A stretch of 63,674 bases of DNA from an uncultured Clostridia bacterium (GCA_944387535.1 CALXFI010000003.1:1-63674); one strand, 5' to 3'. Positions 41,782 to 50,850 are shown, counted from the stretch's first letter. Program-made: numbers and translations. The notes: generated by a model not told the origin, from the sequence alone.

Positions 41782-41827
41782 AATTTAAAAAGATAAAGAA
41801 TAATGCATAACACCATTCTTTATCTTT
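41782..41827 (-). terminator. rho-independent terminator of the lipoprotein gene
   Basis: Perfect 13-bp stem AAAGATAAAGAAT / ATTCTTTATCTTT followed by a T-rich tail on the minus strand. Confidence 0.6.
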
Positions 41828-41838
41828 TTATTTACCGG

Positions 41839-42195
41839 TTACTCTTTTTTTGGCAAGCATAATTCTTGCCTAGTTTGTCCACCACTTACTGTATAAGTTT
41901 CAAGTATTACATTGATATTATCTCCCTCTTTTAACGTTTCGTACAAATCTTTATCATCAAACGTGTTAGATACTGATTTATACTCAACCGTAACTAAATA
42001 TCTTGCTGGATGTCTTTGTGGAACAACAATAATTGTTTTTCCTGTAGAAATAACTGAACTAGTTGTATATGATGACTTATATTCTTTTTCTGTTACTGTC
42101 GCAGTTACTTCTTCAGTTTTTTCCAGATATTCTTCTTGACACCCAGTCAAACCAATACATAGAATAATAGCTACCAATAATACTAACCGTTTCAT
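41839..42195 (-). CDS. lipoprotein, unknown function
   Basis: Signal peptide 'MKRLVLLVAIILCIGLTGC' with lipobox L-T-G-C and a strong AAGGAGGA SD. Codon 3 is CGG. Confidence 0.7.
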   Translation of the reverse strand: MKRLVLLVAIILCIGLTGCQEEYLEKTEEVTATVTEKEYKSSYTTSSVISTGKTIIVVPQRHPARYLVTVEYKSVSNTFDDKDLYETLKEGDNINVILETYTVSGGQTRQELCLPKKE

Positions 42196-42280
42196 AATTT
42201 CCTCCTTATAACTCTATTTGGAGGTTGCCACTCCAAGAATTTACCAATCCCTTTTGGAGTAACTGCCTTAAACTTTTTCT

Positions 42281-42309
42281 ATTGTAACACATTTACATAA
42301 AAATATCAA
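42281..42309 (-). promoter_or_regulatory. putative sigmaA promoter of the lipoprotein gene
   Basis: Minus strand reads TTGATA, a 17-nt spacer, then TACAAT. Confidence 0.45.
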
Positions 42310-42316
42310 CCAGATT

Positions 42317-42336
42317 TACGTCCCAAAAAACAGCAC
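42317..42336. repeat. dispersed repeat, copy D (half element)
   Basis: TACGTCCCAAAAAACAGCAC shares the GTCCCAAAAAACAG arm. Confidence 0.45.
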
Positions 42337-42360
42337 CAAAAAAGCACCAATAAAGGTGCT
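42337..42360 (-). terminator. rho-independent terminator of spoVG
   Basis: Minus strand reads AGCACC-TTTATT-GGTGCT followed by TTTTTT. Confidence 0.65.
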
Positions 42361-42372
42361 TCTTAATTTTTA

Positions 42373-42660
42373 TTATTCAGCTGATGAATCTTCTGCTTTT
42401 TCTGTTTGTTCTGGAGCTTCATAAGCTTCTAAGATAGCTTTTTGAATTTTCTCCCTTGTTTCAGCGTTGATTGGATGAGCTATATCTTTGAATTCTCCGT
42501 TTGGAGTTTTTCTGCTAGGCATAGCTATAAATAATCCATTTTGGCTTTCGATAACTTTAATATCATGTACTGCGAATTCGTTATCGAATGTTACAGAAGC
42601 AACAGCTTTCATTCTGTTCTCTGAATTTACTTTTCTTAAACGTACATCTGTGATTTGCAT
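42373..42660 (-). CDS. spoVG: septation/regulatory protein SpoVG
   Basis: '[38 protein letters not shown]'. Start ATG 42660 is preceded by GGAAGGCGGTG. The ORF-track extension to 42741 is unlikely. Confidence 0.9.
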   Translation of the reverse strand: MQITDVRLRKVNSENRMKAVASVTFDNEFAVHDIKVIESQNGLFIAMPSRKTPNGEFKDIAHPINAETREKIQKAILEAYEAPEQTEKAEDSSAE

Positions 42661-42926
42661 TTTGCGTGCACCGCCTTCCTTAAGTTTTAAAAATTTTTGT
42701 ACATACCGTTTAATCTTATGTACAATTATATTATTCTTCATAAAAAATGTTTTTCCTTCTTTTTTTTACAAAAAATTAAAATTTATTAATTTATTTTTAT
42801 CAACATTATAAATTTATCGTAACTTTTTTTATTTTTTTTCATAATATATATTATATTTTAGCGTAAATACTTGAAATTTTAACAATATAATTATATAATT
42901 CTATATCATAAAGAGGAGTGTTTATT

Positions 42927-44309
42927 ATGCCAAATATAGAACATATTAAAAAATATAAAAATATACATATGATTGGAATTGGTGGAATCAGTATGAGTGG
43001 AATTGCAGCAATACTACAAAATTGGGGATTTAATGTTACAGGCTCTGATACTTCTGATTCTGAAGCTGTCCAATTATTATTAAAAAAAGGAATTAAAGTT
43101 GTTATTGGTCATAGCATAGAAGATGTTGCAGGTTCTGATGTTGTGATTTATTCTGCTGCAATTAAACAAGATGACCCTGAAATGTTAGAAGCCAAAAGAC
43201 TTGGTATTCCTACAATAGAAAGAGCTGATTTCTTGGGTGAAATTACACGTTGTTATGAAGATACTATTTGTATTTCAGGAACACATGGTAAAACAACAAC
43301 AACTTCTATGGTTTCTCTTTGTTTTTTAGAAGCCTTAAAAGATCCTAGTATTCAAGTAGGTGCTTTATTAAAACCAATAAATGGAAATTACAGAGTTGGA
43401 AATAGTGAACATTTTATTATTGAAGCTTGTGAATATGTTGAAAGTTTCTTAAAATTTAGCCCTAAGGCTGAGATTATTTTAAACATAGACAACGACCATT
43501 TAGATTATTTTAAAACTTTTGATAATATTAAAAATGCTTTCATTAAATATGTAGAACTACTTCCTAATGATGGTATTTTAGTTACAAATGCTGATGATAA
43601 AAATTGTTTAGATTTACCAAAATATACAAATGCTAAGGTTTATACATATGGAATTGATAACAATCAAGCTGATTTTACAGCTAGAAATATTACTTTTGAT
43701 AATGATGGTTTTCCAGAATTTGACGTATACTACAAAGGTGAATTTTTTGTAAAATTAAAACTTTCTGTGCCTGGACGTCATAATGTTCTAAATGCTTTAG
43801 CTTGTACAGCAATTTGTACTGAATATGGTATTGAGAGAAAAGATATAGCAGTAGCATTAGAAAGATTTACAGGAGCACATAGAAGATTTGAATTTAAGGG
43901 AAAAATAAATGGAAATGTTAGTGTTTATGATGATTATGCTCATCATCCAACTGAAATTAATGCTACATATAATTCTTTATCAAATAAGAAATATAATAAG
44001 TCTTGGGTTGTTTTCCAACCACATACTTATAGCAGAACAAAAACTTTATTAGATGATTTTGCAAATGCTCTAATTAATTTTGACCACATTATTGTTTTAG
44101 ATATTTATGCTGCAAGAGAAAGAAATATATATAACATTTCTTCTAAAGATTTAGTAGATAAAATTACTTCTTTAGGAAAAGATGCTAAATATATTCCTGA
44201 TTTTGAAGAATGTGTAAAATATGTTAAAAATAATGTAGAAAAAAATGATATTGTTATAACATTAGGTGCAGGTACTGTTACTGAAATTGGACCTATGCTT
44301 GTTGATTAA
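42927..44309 (+). CDS. murC: UDP-N-acetylmuramate--L-alanine ligase
   Basis: 'IHMIGIGGISMSGIA', 'ISGTHGKTTTTSM' and 'DDYAHHPTEI'. ATG 42927 follows an AAGAGGAG SD. Confidence 0.95.
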   Translation: MPNIEHIKKYKNIHMIGIGGISMSGIAAILQNWGFNVTGSDTSDSEAVQLLLKKGIKVVIGHSIEDVAGSDVVIYSAAIKQDDPEMLEAKRLGIPTIERADFLGEITRCYEDTICISGTHGKTTTTSMVSLCFLEALKDPSIQVGALLKPINGNYRVGNSEHFIIEACEYVESFLKFSPKAEIILNIDNDHLDYFKTFDNIKNAFIKYVELLPNDGILVTNADDKNCLDLPKYTNAKVYTYGIDNNQADFTARNITFDNDGFPEFDVYYKGEFFVKLKLSVPGRHNVLNALACTAICTEYGIERKDIAVALERFTGAHRRFEFKGKINGNVSVYDDYAHHPTEINATYNSLSNKKYNKSWVVFQPHTYSRTKTLLDDFANALINFDHIIVLDIYAARERNIYNISSKDLVDKITSLGKDAKYIPDFEECVKYVKNNVEKNDIVITLGAGTVTEIGPMLVD

Positions 44310-44335
44310 ACCACATTAAATGTGGTTTTTTTATT
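44308..44335 (+). terminator. rho-independent terminator of murC
   Basis: AAACCACAT-TAA-ATGTGGTTT followed by a T run. Confidence 0.7.
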
Positions 44336-44484
44336 TTTTTATATTTTAATTTAAAAAAGTAGTACAAAAAATTGTACTACTCAAAATGGTACTAAATTAA
44401 ACTCCCTTTCGCACTTTAATAAGCCTACTAACAAATTTAATTATCCATTTTAGATTTTATAATTAGACAAGATGTCTAATTAAA

Positions 44485-44725
44485 GGATATGGTTTGTTTC
44501 TAATCTAAAACTTCTCTTAATCTACCTTGATAAATATAACCACAGTTTTTTAGAAGCTAGCGGACGGAACCCTAGACAAAAGTCCAGCACCGTAACCAAC
44601 ACTACCACCGCTATGCCGCCGTCACCACAGACACCTCAGAAGGATAGGCAGACGGACTGGCAATGATACCTAATCCGCGGAAAACTTAAGCAATGTCTCA
44701 CGCATCCAACCATACCCCATCGCTA
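44485..44725 (-). ncRNA. GC-rich non-coding island, candidate structured RNA or 3'UTR element of unknown class
   Basis: About 240 nt with no ORF. The 44555-44725 part is visibly about half G+C in a genome that is roughly three-quarters A+T. There is strong strand asymmetry (plus strand A/C-rich). It starts immediately after the TAG-TAG stop of the four-helix-bundle gene. A possible closing stem pairs GGGGTATGGTT (about 44705) with AACCATATCC (about 44490). Confidence 0.4.
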
Positions 44726-45070
44726 CTACTTAAAAGAATTAATCCAACCGATTATATATTTAGTAATATCATCTATTTTATTACCAAATTTATAATATCT
44801 TTTTTGATTTATTATCTGTTTATCAAATGATAGATTTAATAAAAAATCTATTACCTTTATTTTTGCTAAAGCCTTATTTAATAATTCTTTTTTATATTCA
44901 ACGTCTTGTGCACTATTAGCTTCATAAGTAATTTCTAATAAATCATAAGAATTCATCCTTATTCTATTTTTCAATTCTATATCTTTTTTAGGAAAATTAT
45001 CCATTTGATTATCTATTAAAATTAATAATTCCCTTATAAATTGTATTACCTTAAATTTTTCTGTTTTCAT
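44726..45070 (-). CDS. four-helix-bundle protein (23S rRNA IVS protein / DGR Avd-like family)
   Basis: 114 aa. 'FKVIQFIRELLILIDNQMDNFPKKD...LKNRIRMNSYDLLEITYEAN...K' has the typical length and helical pattern of this family. Confidence 0.65.
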   Translation of the reverse strand: MKTEKFKVIQFIRELLILIDNQMDNFPKKDIELKNRIRMNSYDLLEITYEANSAQDVEYKKELLNKALAKIKVIDFLLNLSFDKQIINQKRYYKFGNKIDDITKYIIGWINSFK

Positions 45071-45503
45071 ACGCTATTTCTTCTATTCTTCTTATTTTTT
45101 CCATTATATTTTCTTCTTCAGTTTGCTTTAATAATTCTTCTTTTACACTTTTTAGTCTTTTCCTTACTTTTATATATCTCTTTGCTTTTTCTAATATCTC
45201 ATCATATTCATTTAAATTTTTGTTATCAAATTTTTCATTTACTTCGTAATTCTTTTTAGTATCTATTATAACATAATTTATTTTTTTCTGTTCTAATTTT
45301 GCACATACTTTCGAAATAGCTCTTTTGGGAAATCCACATGTTGGTATATTTTCTTTTATTTCCTTTAAGTTATAATCGAATAAATATGATATTATATATG
45401 CATCCTTTCCAAATAATTGGACAAAAGCTCCTACTTTATAGAAAACCACATCCTTAGGATGCTTATTTTTCATGTCTTTTGCTATATTTATAACACTACC
45501 CAT
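45051..45503 (-). CDS. stand-alone MutS domain I (mismatch-binding domain)-like protein
   Basis: 'HPKDVVFYKVGAFVQLFGKDAYIISYLFDYNLK...IPTCGFPKRAISKVCAKLEQKKINYVIID' parallels the MutS N-terminus '..FFR.GDFYE.F..DA......L...LT.....IPM.G.P.......I..L...G.KVAI.EQ'. 150 aa, with no ATPase domain. Confidence 0.6.
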   Translation of the reverse strand: MGSVINIAKDMKNKHPKDVVFYKVGAFVQLFGKDAYIISYLFDYNLKEIKENIPTCGFPKRAISKVCAKLEQKKINYVIIDTKKNYEVNEKFDNKNLNEYDEILEKAKRYIKVRKRLKSVKEELLKQTEEENIMEKIRRIEEIAYENRKI

Positions 45504-45621
45504 ATTTTACCTTTCAATGTTACATATTTATTCTCATTCTTTTATTTATATTTCTTTCTTTTTTATTATACAGTTACAAAAATTATTTTTCAAGTATTTT
45601 TAGATGTATATTATTGTTTTT

Positions 45622-46856
45622 TTAATTTACTTCTTTTGATTGTTTTAACATTATATCTGCAAAAACTCCATATCCTTCTTCTGGATTGTCAACTAACACA
45701 TGTGTTACAGCTCCTACAAATTTACCATTTTGTATTATTGGTGAGCCTGACATGCCTTGTATTATTCCTCCTGTTTTTTCTAGCAATCTTGTATCTGTTA
45801 CCTTTATTTGCATACTTTTATTATCATAATTATTATCTTTAAATACTTTTTCTATTTCAATTTCATATTCTTGCGGAGTGTTATTATCCAAACTACATAG
45901 TATGCTCGCTTTTCCAGTTTTTATTTCATCTCTTGTAGCTACTTCCATTTCCTTTGATGCATCTATATTTAAACTTGACAAATTATCTACAGTTCCAAAA
46001 ATTCCAAATCTAGTATTTTTACTAATTAGTCCAATATTTTTTTGATTTTCTATTGTTCCTTGTATTTTTCCTGGAGTTCCACTTTCTCCTTTTGTTATAT
46101 TTAATATTCTAGTTGTTACAAACTCTCCTGATGCTATATCTATTAATTCTCCTGTATCTATATCAGATATTCCATGTCCTAATGCGCCAAAAGTTCTAGT
46201 AGATGGTTCATAAAAAGTAACTGTTCCAACTCCTGCTGCACTATCTCTTACCCATAAACCTAATTTATATTCATTATTACTTTGCTTTACTGGTGTTATA
46301 CTGCATTCTTTTGTTTCTTGCTCATGTACATATTCTATCTTTACTTTTTCTCCTTTTGACATATTTACTGTTTCTATTAATTCATCTGTTGAATTTATCT
46401 CATTATCATTTACTTTTACTATTGTATCTCCTTCTTCTATTCCTGTGTTTTCATATGGTTTATATTTTTTATTATCTTCTCCTTCTATTTCAGACATTCC
46501 GTACTACTAAAACTCCATTTGTATACAATTTAACTCCTGCAATACTTCCGTACTGGGATTACTTTTGTTTTTGGTATTACATCTACACTTACATCTTTTA
46601 CTGGTATCGTATTAAACAAACTAACCTCCAAACTTGCTTTTCCCACTTCATCACTTACTTTATCTCCATTAGTCGATAAAGTTTCAATAACTTCACCATC
46701 TTTTTTTCTTACATTTATTCCAAATATAGTTTGAAACGAAATATTTTCTCCTTCAAAAGCAACTATTTTTTCTGGAATCTTTTCTATTACTAAAGTATAG
46801 ATATAAACAAAAATCAAAAAAAATACTAATAATAGCATTTTGAAAAACTTTTTCAT
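45622..46856 (-). pseudogene. spoIVB: SpoIVB (S55) sporulation signalling peptidase, frame interrupted twice (+1, +1)
   Basis: Three consecutive frames read 'MKKFFK...KTKVIPV' / 'GSIAGVKLYTNGVLVV' / 'GMSEIEG...GIEEGDTIVKVN (PDZ) ...GTVTFYEP..FGALGHGI...GMSGSPII'. Compare B. subtilis 'IPGGQSIGVKL..GVLVVG'. Confidence 0.85.
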
Positions 46857-46921
46857 AAAAATTCTCCTTAAATTTACTATTATTAGTATTTACATTTTTT
46901 TATTTTATATACTTTTATTTT

Positions 46922-48535
46922 CTAATTCCAATCTGTTGATATTGGATTTGACCTAAACATACTATATCGCTCTCTTCCCAGGGCTGTAAAATACATACTC
47001 TTTAATGTATTATTTCCACAATTTTCTATATATTCATAAATATTATCTGTGCTATTAGTTCCTGACTGAGTTACTATTGATGAATAACATCCACTTTCTT
47101 GATGTGGATAATAATAAACTGTATTTGTTCCATTTGTAGCAGATTTCCTTTCAAAGTCTATATTAAAATATGCACCTGTAATATTACTACCGTTTAATAA
47201 ATCACTATCTGTTACTCTATGAAACTGATTATCATCTGTTGTTATATATATTGAATCAAGATTTACAACTTCTTTTGTTTTTGTATTTGTTACTATTGAA
47301 TAACCATTATATATTTTTCCACCTATACTTAATCCTTGCATAAAACTAATTATAGACACATTATTTAATATTTTTTCCCACTCGTCTTCTTTTAATTCTG
47401 GCATTTGGAAACTTGTACCCGCACTAGAATAATTATTATAATTTGCAATTGCTATTGAAAGATTTTTTTCAATTGAATAACGTATTACTGCTAATCTATG
47501 TTGGTTAAATAATGAATTTGGATCTTCTATTGAATCTGCCCATCCAGCTTGATTTTCAAAAATAGGAAGGTTATCTCCAAAAACATTACCTAATTGTTGT
47601 CCATCTTCATCTACTGCATCTCCTGTAGTTATATCTCCAAGATTAGTTCTTACCCAATCTGTAAATTCATATGCATTTTTATAAAAGTCTACTGCAGAAC
47701 GATTATCTACAGAATATGTATTACTTGTTGGATATACTGTATTAGTAAGTATTGAAAACCATTTACCATCTTCACCTAGATAATATTTAGATCCATTTAC
47801 CTTGTCACAAATATAATTACCGTTAATTTCAGTATAATTACCGTCTCCATCTTCCCTATAAGCTCTAAGATATTCCGTTAAATTATGTTCTACAGAAATT
47901 GTACTTCCCCTATATACTGCACTATCATCAGTTACACTTGAAATATTATCTAGTAAATATCCAGTTTTATAAACAGCATCACCTTTAACTATTCCTTCAA
48001 CTGTTATACAGTTATCCAACGAATAAGTTATTACTACATCTGTTGAACCATCTATATATCTACAACTGTAATGAACATATGGTTTTAAATCATATATTTT
48101 CTCACCATTTTGATAAGTAGAACCACCTTCACCATTTGCATCTGGTGGTACATAATCATCTTCTGTTAAAGTATTAGTAAATGGTGTATAGATATAATAT
48201 CCATCATACATTGTATACACAATAGCTGGTACATATTCTTGTAATATATCTTTATTATATCCTGCCATATTGAAATTTTTCGCTATAGAGTTAAAAAATG
48301 TATTAACAGATGCTTGTATGTCTCTTATTTTAGAGTTTGCTAAAGCTGAACTTCCACTATTTACAGTGTTTAATTGAAACGCCTTTAAAGCATCATATGT
48401 TGCATTTGTTAATTTTGTATCATATGAAATCTGTAATTCCAATGTTTGCACTTGGTTTTGCACATATGCAGTTAATACCATAGAAATTGGTAACATTATT
48501 ATAATAAATATTACCGCTAAATTCTGTATCTTCAT
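46922..48535 (-). CDS. large secreted or anchored protein with a pilin-like N-terminal helix (last gene of the filament locus)
   Basis: 537 aa. 'MKIQNLAVIFIIIMLPISMVLTAY' precedes an N/T/Y/G-rich ectodomain. No known domain recognised. Confidence 0.5.
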   Translation of the reverse strand: MKIQNLAVIFIIIMLPISMVLTAYVQNQVQTLELQISYDTKLTNATYDALKAFQLNTVNSGSSALANSKIRDIQASVNTFFNSIAKNFNMAGYNKDILQEYVPAIVYTMYDGYYIYTPFTNTLTEDDYVPPDANGEGGSTYQNGEKIYDLKPYVHYSCRYIDGSTDVVITYSLDNCITVEGIVKGDAVYKTGYLLDNISSVTDDSAVYRGSTISVEHNLTEYLRAYREDGDGNYTEINGNYICDKVNGSKYYLGEDGKWFSILTNTVYPTSNTYSVDNRSAVDFYKNAYEFTDWVRTNLGDITTGDAVDEDGQQLGNVFGDNLPIFENQAGWADSIEDPNSLFNQHRLAVIRYSIEKNLSIAIANYNNYSSAGTSFQMPELKEDEWEKILNNVSIISFMQGLSIGGKIYNGYSIVTNTKTKEVVNLDSIYITTDDNQFHRVTDSDLLNGSNITGAYFNIDFERKSATNGTNTVYYYPHQESGCYSSIVTQSGTNSTDNIYEYIENCGNNTLKSMYFTALGRERYSMFRSNPISTDWN

Positions 48536-48607
48536 AAATATCTTCCCTTTTGTATTATAAAATTAGCTTGTAATATAAAAATATTACAAGCTAGTAAGTT
48601 TACTTTT

Positions 48608-49144
48608 TTAATTTCCAGCACCATTTGCTGTAACTATACCAGCATGTTCTGCTGCAATTGTATATGTATCATTTCCTGTAACTTTATAGAAAAAGTTTTT
48701 AAGTTGTTGTGATAATGTTGAATTTGTATTTCTTACACTAGTTGAGAAAATATCTCCTTCTTTTAACGCTAATACTGTATTTTTATTCGGTGTATCAATT
48801 TTGTCTAATATTTGAGATGTATACATTGTATAATATACATTTTCTCCTATTTTTGTTGATTCTGTTTGAGTTGTTTTCTTTCCTGGGTTTTCATCTAATA
48901 CTTGTAGTTCCATTTCTACATCGTAACTGTTTCCAGTTGCAGAAAGTGTTTGTACAAAACTATTATACTTATCTATTGTTAATTTCCCCGTTGTTCTTAC
49001 ATCATCAACAAACTCAGTCGTTGCTGTTTCCACTGACAATTGTGAAACATCATCTGTTCTATCAGACATTGTCATTAGTGGAAAAATAAACATTAGAACT
49101 GCAGCTAATACTATGGCTATTACTGTAATTAATGTATCTCCCAT
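48608..49144 (-). CDS. minor pilin-like protein
   Basis: 178 aa. 'MGDTLITVIAIVLAAVLMFIFPLM' forms a hydrophobic N-terminal helix ahead of a small globular domain. Confidence 0.5.
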   Translation of the reverse strand: MGDTLITVIAIVLAAVLMFIFPLMTMSDRTDDVSQLSVETATTEFVDDVRTTGKLTIDKYNSFVQTLSATGNSYDVEMELQVLDENPGKKTTQTESTKIGENVYYTMYTSQILDKIDTPNKNTVLALKEGDIFSTSVRNTNSTLSQQLKNFFYKVTGNDTYTIAAEHAGIVTANGAGN

Positions 49145-49187
49145 TTTATCCTCCTTCGGTATTAAAATACCTTTTAAAAATTATTGG

Positions 49188-49850
49188 CTATATTATCGTA
49201 TATGTTATTACTCTTTTTTCAGTTAAGTTAGCTTCTGGTACATCTGCTTCTCCAGATGTCGTTATCCCTGGAGTAGTCATATCATCGCCTTCTTCAGGCG
49301 CTTCTTCTTGATAATATACACCTATATTTTCTTTGAATTTCCACCTATTCTCTTTTATTATATCATAAATTCCATCACGTTTCAAGCGTACACCTAAATC
49401 TTCAAATTCATCATATATAGTTTGGAAATTTTCTCCATAATAGTCTTCTATTCCTTCTCCATATAATACTGCCATAATAAATTTTAGCTTTTGCTCATCA
49501 CCTGATAAACTAGTTCCAGTTTCTAGGTCTATTTGATATATCTTTTCAAATTCGCCATCATCATTTCTCATTTCATACAAATAGTCATCTTCTGGTAAAT
49601 TACTAAATACAATTTTATAATTTTCCCTATAAGCTTTATATATTGAAGGTATAATACTTTCTAAACTAACTATTCTTTCTGTGCTTCCATTATTTTCAAC
49701 ATAAGAATAATCATATTCTCTATCATTATAATCTAATACTGCTTGTGAAACTTGTCTTACTTGTCCAAAGGAGTTGATAGCTATGGTTAGTGCTAAGACA
49801 AATATCATTACGGATGCTGCCATATGTAAAGCATCTGCTGCATTCTCCAT
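49188..49850 (-). CDS. pilin-like protein (MENA-family paralog 4)
   Basis: 220 aa. 'MENAADALHMAASVMIFVLALTIAINSF', with an AAGGAGGAG SD. Confidence 0.55.
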   Translation of the reverse strand: MENAADALHMAASVMIFVLALTIAINSFGQVRQVSQAVLDYNDREYDYSYVENNGSTERIVSLESIIPSIYKAYRENYKIVFSNLPEDDYLYEMRNDDGEFEKIYQIDLETGTSLSGDEQKLKFIMAVLYGEGIEDYYGENFQTIYDEFEDLGVRLKRDGIYDIIKENRWKFKENIGVYYQEEAPEEGDDMTTPGITTSGEADVPEANLTEKRVITYTII

Positions 49851-49875
49851 AGTTATCTCCTCCTTTCACTTTATA

Positions 49876-50298
49876 TTAAGAACCAGAACCTGCTGCTGTA
49901 ATTGTTACTGAATCAACATAACCAGCACTACTTAATCCACATTCTACTTTATAAGTTTTTCCTGTTGAAACCTTTTTAAGTGTAGTACTTGCATCTATTG
50001 CTTGACCTGATACTCCTATATCACTACAAGTTAATTTTACTTGTCTTGAATCATCATCTTGATAAGTAATGTTATTATTTCTTATTGTTTCAATTAAAGA
50101 GTTTACTTGAGCTCCTCTTACATGTTCTCCTGCATATTGTGTAAATTGTGTATTAAATGAAGATATATCAACTTGGTTTATTGCATCTCCATTAGCAACT
50201 CCTGCTGCTTGATTATAAATCATTATTCCTAATGATATAATTAAAATTGCAAGTAATATAGCACCTGCGATGATTAATGCTTTTGACGCATTTTCCAT
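49876..50298 (-). CDS. pilin-like protein (MENASKAL-family paralog 3; candidate major subunit)
   Basis: 140 aa. 'MENASKALIIAGAILLAILIISLGIMIY' followed by 'FNTQFTQYAGEHVRGAQVNSLI'. Confidence 0.6.
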   Translation of the reverse strand: MENASKALIIAGAILLAILIISLGIMIYNQAAGVANGDAINQVDISSFNTQFTQYAGEHVRGAQVNSLIETIRNNNITYQDDDSRQVKLTCSDIGVSGQAIDASTTLKKVSTGKTYKVECGLSSAGYVDSVTITAAGSGS

Positions 50299-50396
50299 AA
50301 TAAATTCCTCCTTTAATTTTTACTTTTGTTTATATTTTATATTATAAGCCAAATTTATTTATTTGGCAACTTTAATAACTAATTTAATTATATTTT

Positions 50397-50828
50397 TTAT
50401 TGTGTAATTTGTTCTATAAGCAAATATTTTACTTTTCCTGTAGATTTATGATAATCAATTTGTGTGCATTTAAACTTTATACCGTTGTAATACTCAGCAA
50501 ATCTGTCCATCCCTCCAGAATATAAAGTTTCCATATTATATGTTGTATCATTATCTAACATTTTTATATCTATTTTTATTGAATTAGTATCATTTTCTTT
50601 AAATATTCCTTGTTCATCTTTTTCAACCGCATTTGTTAAGTTATTATCATAAGCTTTATTAATTAGTGTAACCACATCTGCTCCATAAAATTCTTGATTA
50701 TAATAACTTTCAAATTGATTGTTTTCTTTTCTGGCTTCATTATAACTTGCTTTATAATTCAAATACATATATGCTATTCCAACAATCATAATTATGCCAA
50801 TTAAGAATATTATAGCTAATTTTTTCAT
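50397..50828 (-). CDS. pilin-like protein (divergent N-terminus)
   Basis: The start is probably ATG 50828, giving 'MKKLAIIFLIGIIMIVGIAYMY'. It shares the post-helix motif 'NQFESYYNQEFYGADVVTLI' with the MENASKAL paralogs. Confidence 0.5.
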   Translation of the reverse strand: MKKLAIIFLIGIIMIVGIAYMYLNYKASYNEARKENNQFESYYNQEFYGADVVTLINKAYDNNLTNAVEKDEQGIFKENDTNSIKIDIKMLDNDTTYNMETLYSGGMDRFAEYYNGIKFKCTQIDYHKSTGKVKYLLIEQITQ

Positions 50829-50850
50829 ACTTGTCCTCATTTTATAAAAA

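Noticed and set aside
42661-42741. N-terminal extension of spoVG (ORF-track start at 42741)
   Set aside because: The SpoVG family starts at 'MQITDVR', and a strong SD precedes ATG 42660. The extension has no homolog support.
44485-44725. tRNA, tmRNA, RNase P RNA, SRP RNA or riboswitch identity for the GC-rich island
   Set aside because: I could not find the diagnostic strings on either strand. These include the T-loop GTTCGAATC type, the tmRNA 5' GGGG...3' CCACCA, RNase P GAGGAAAGTCC, SRP GGAAGCAGCC and common riboswitch cores. A covariance-model scan is still needed.
44485-45070. Complete diversity-generating retroelement (avd + TR + RT + VR)
   Set aside because: There is no reverse-transcriptase ORF and no second copy (VR) of the GC-rich segment anywhere in the window. 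The strand co-oriented with the avd-like gene is also adenine-poor, unlike typical TRs. I kept this only as an 'orphan or decayed' hypothesis.
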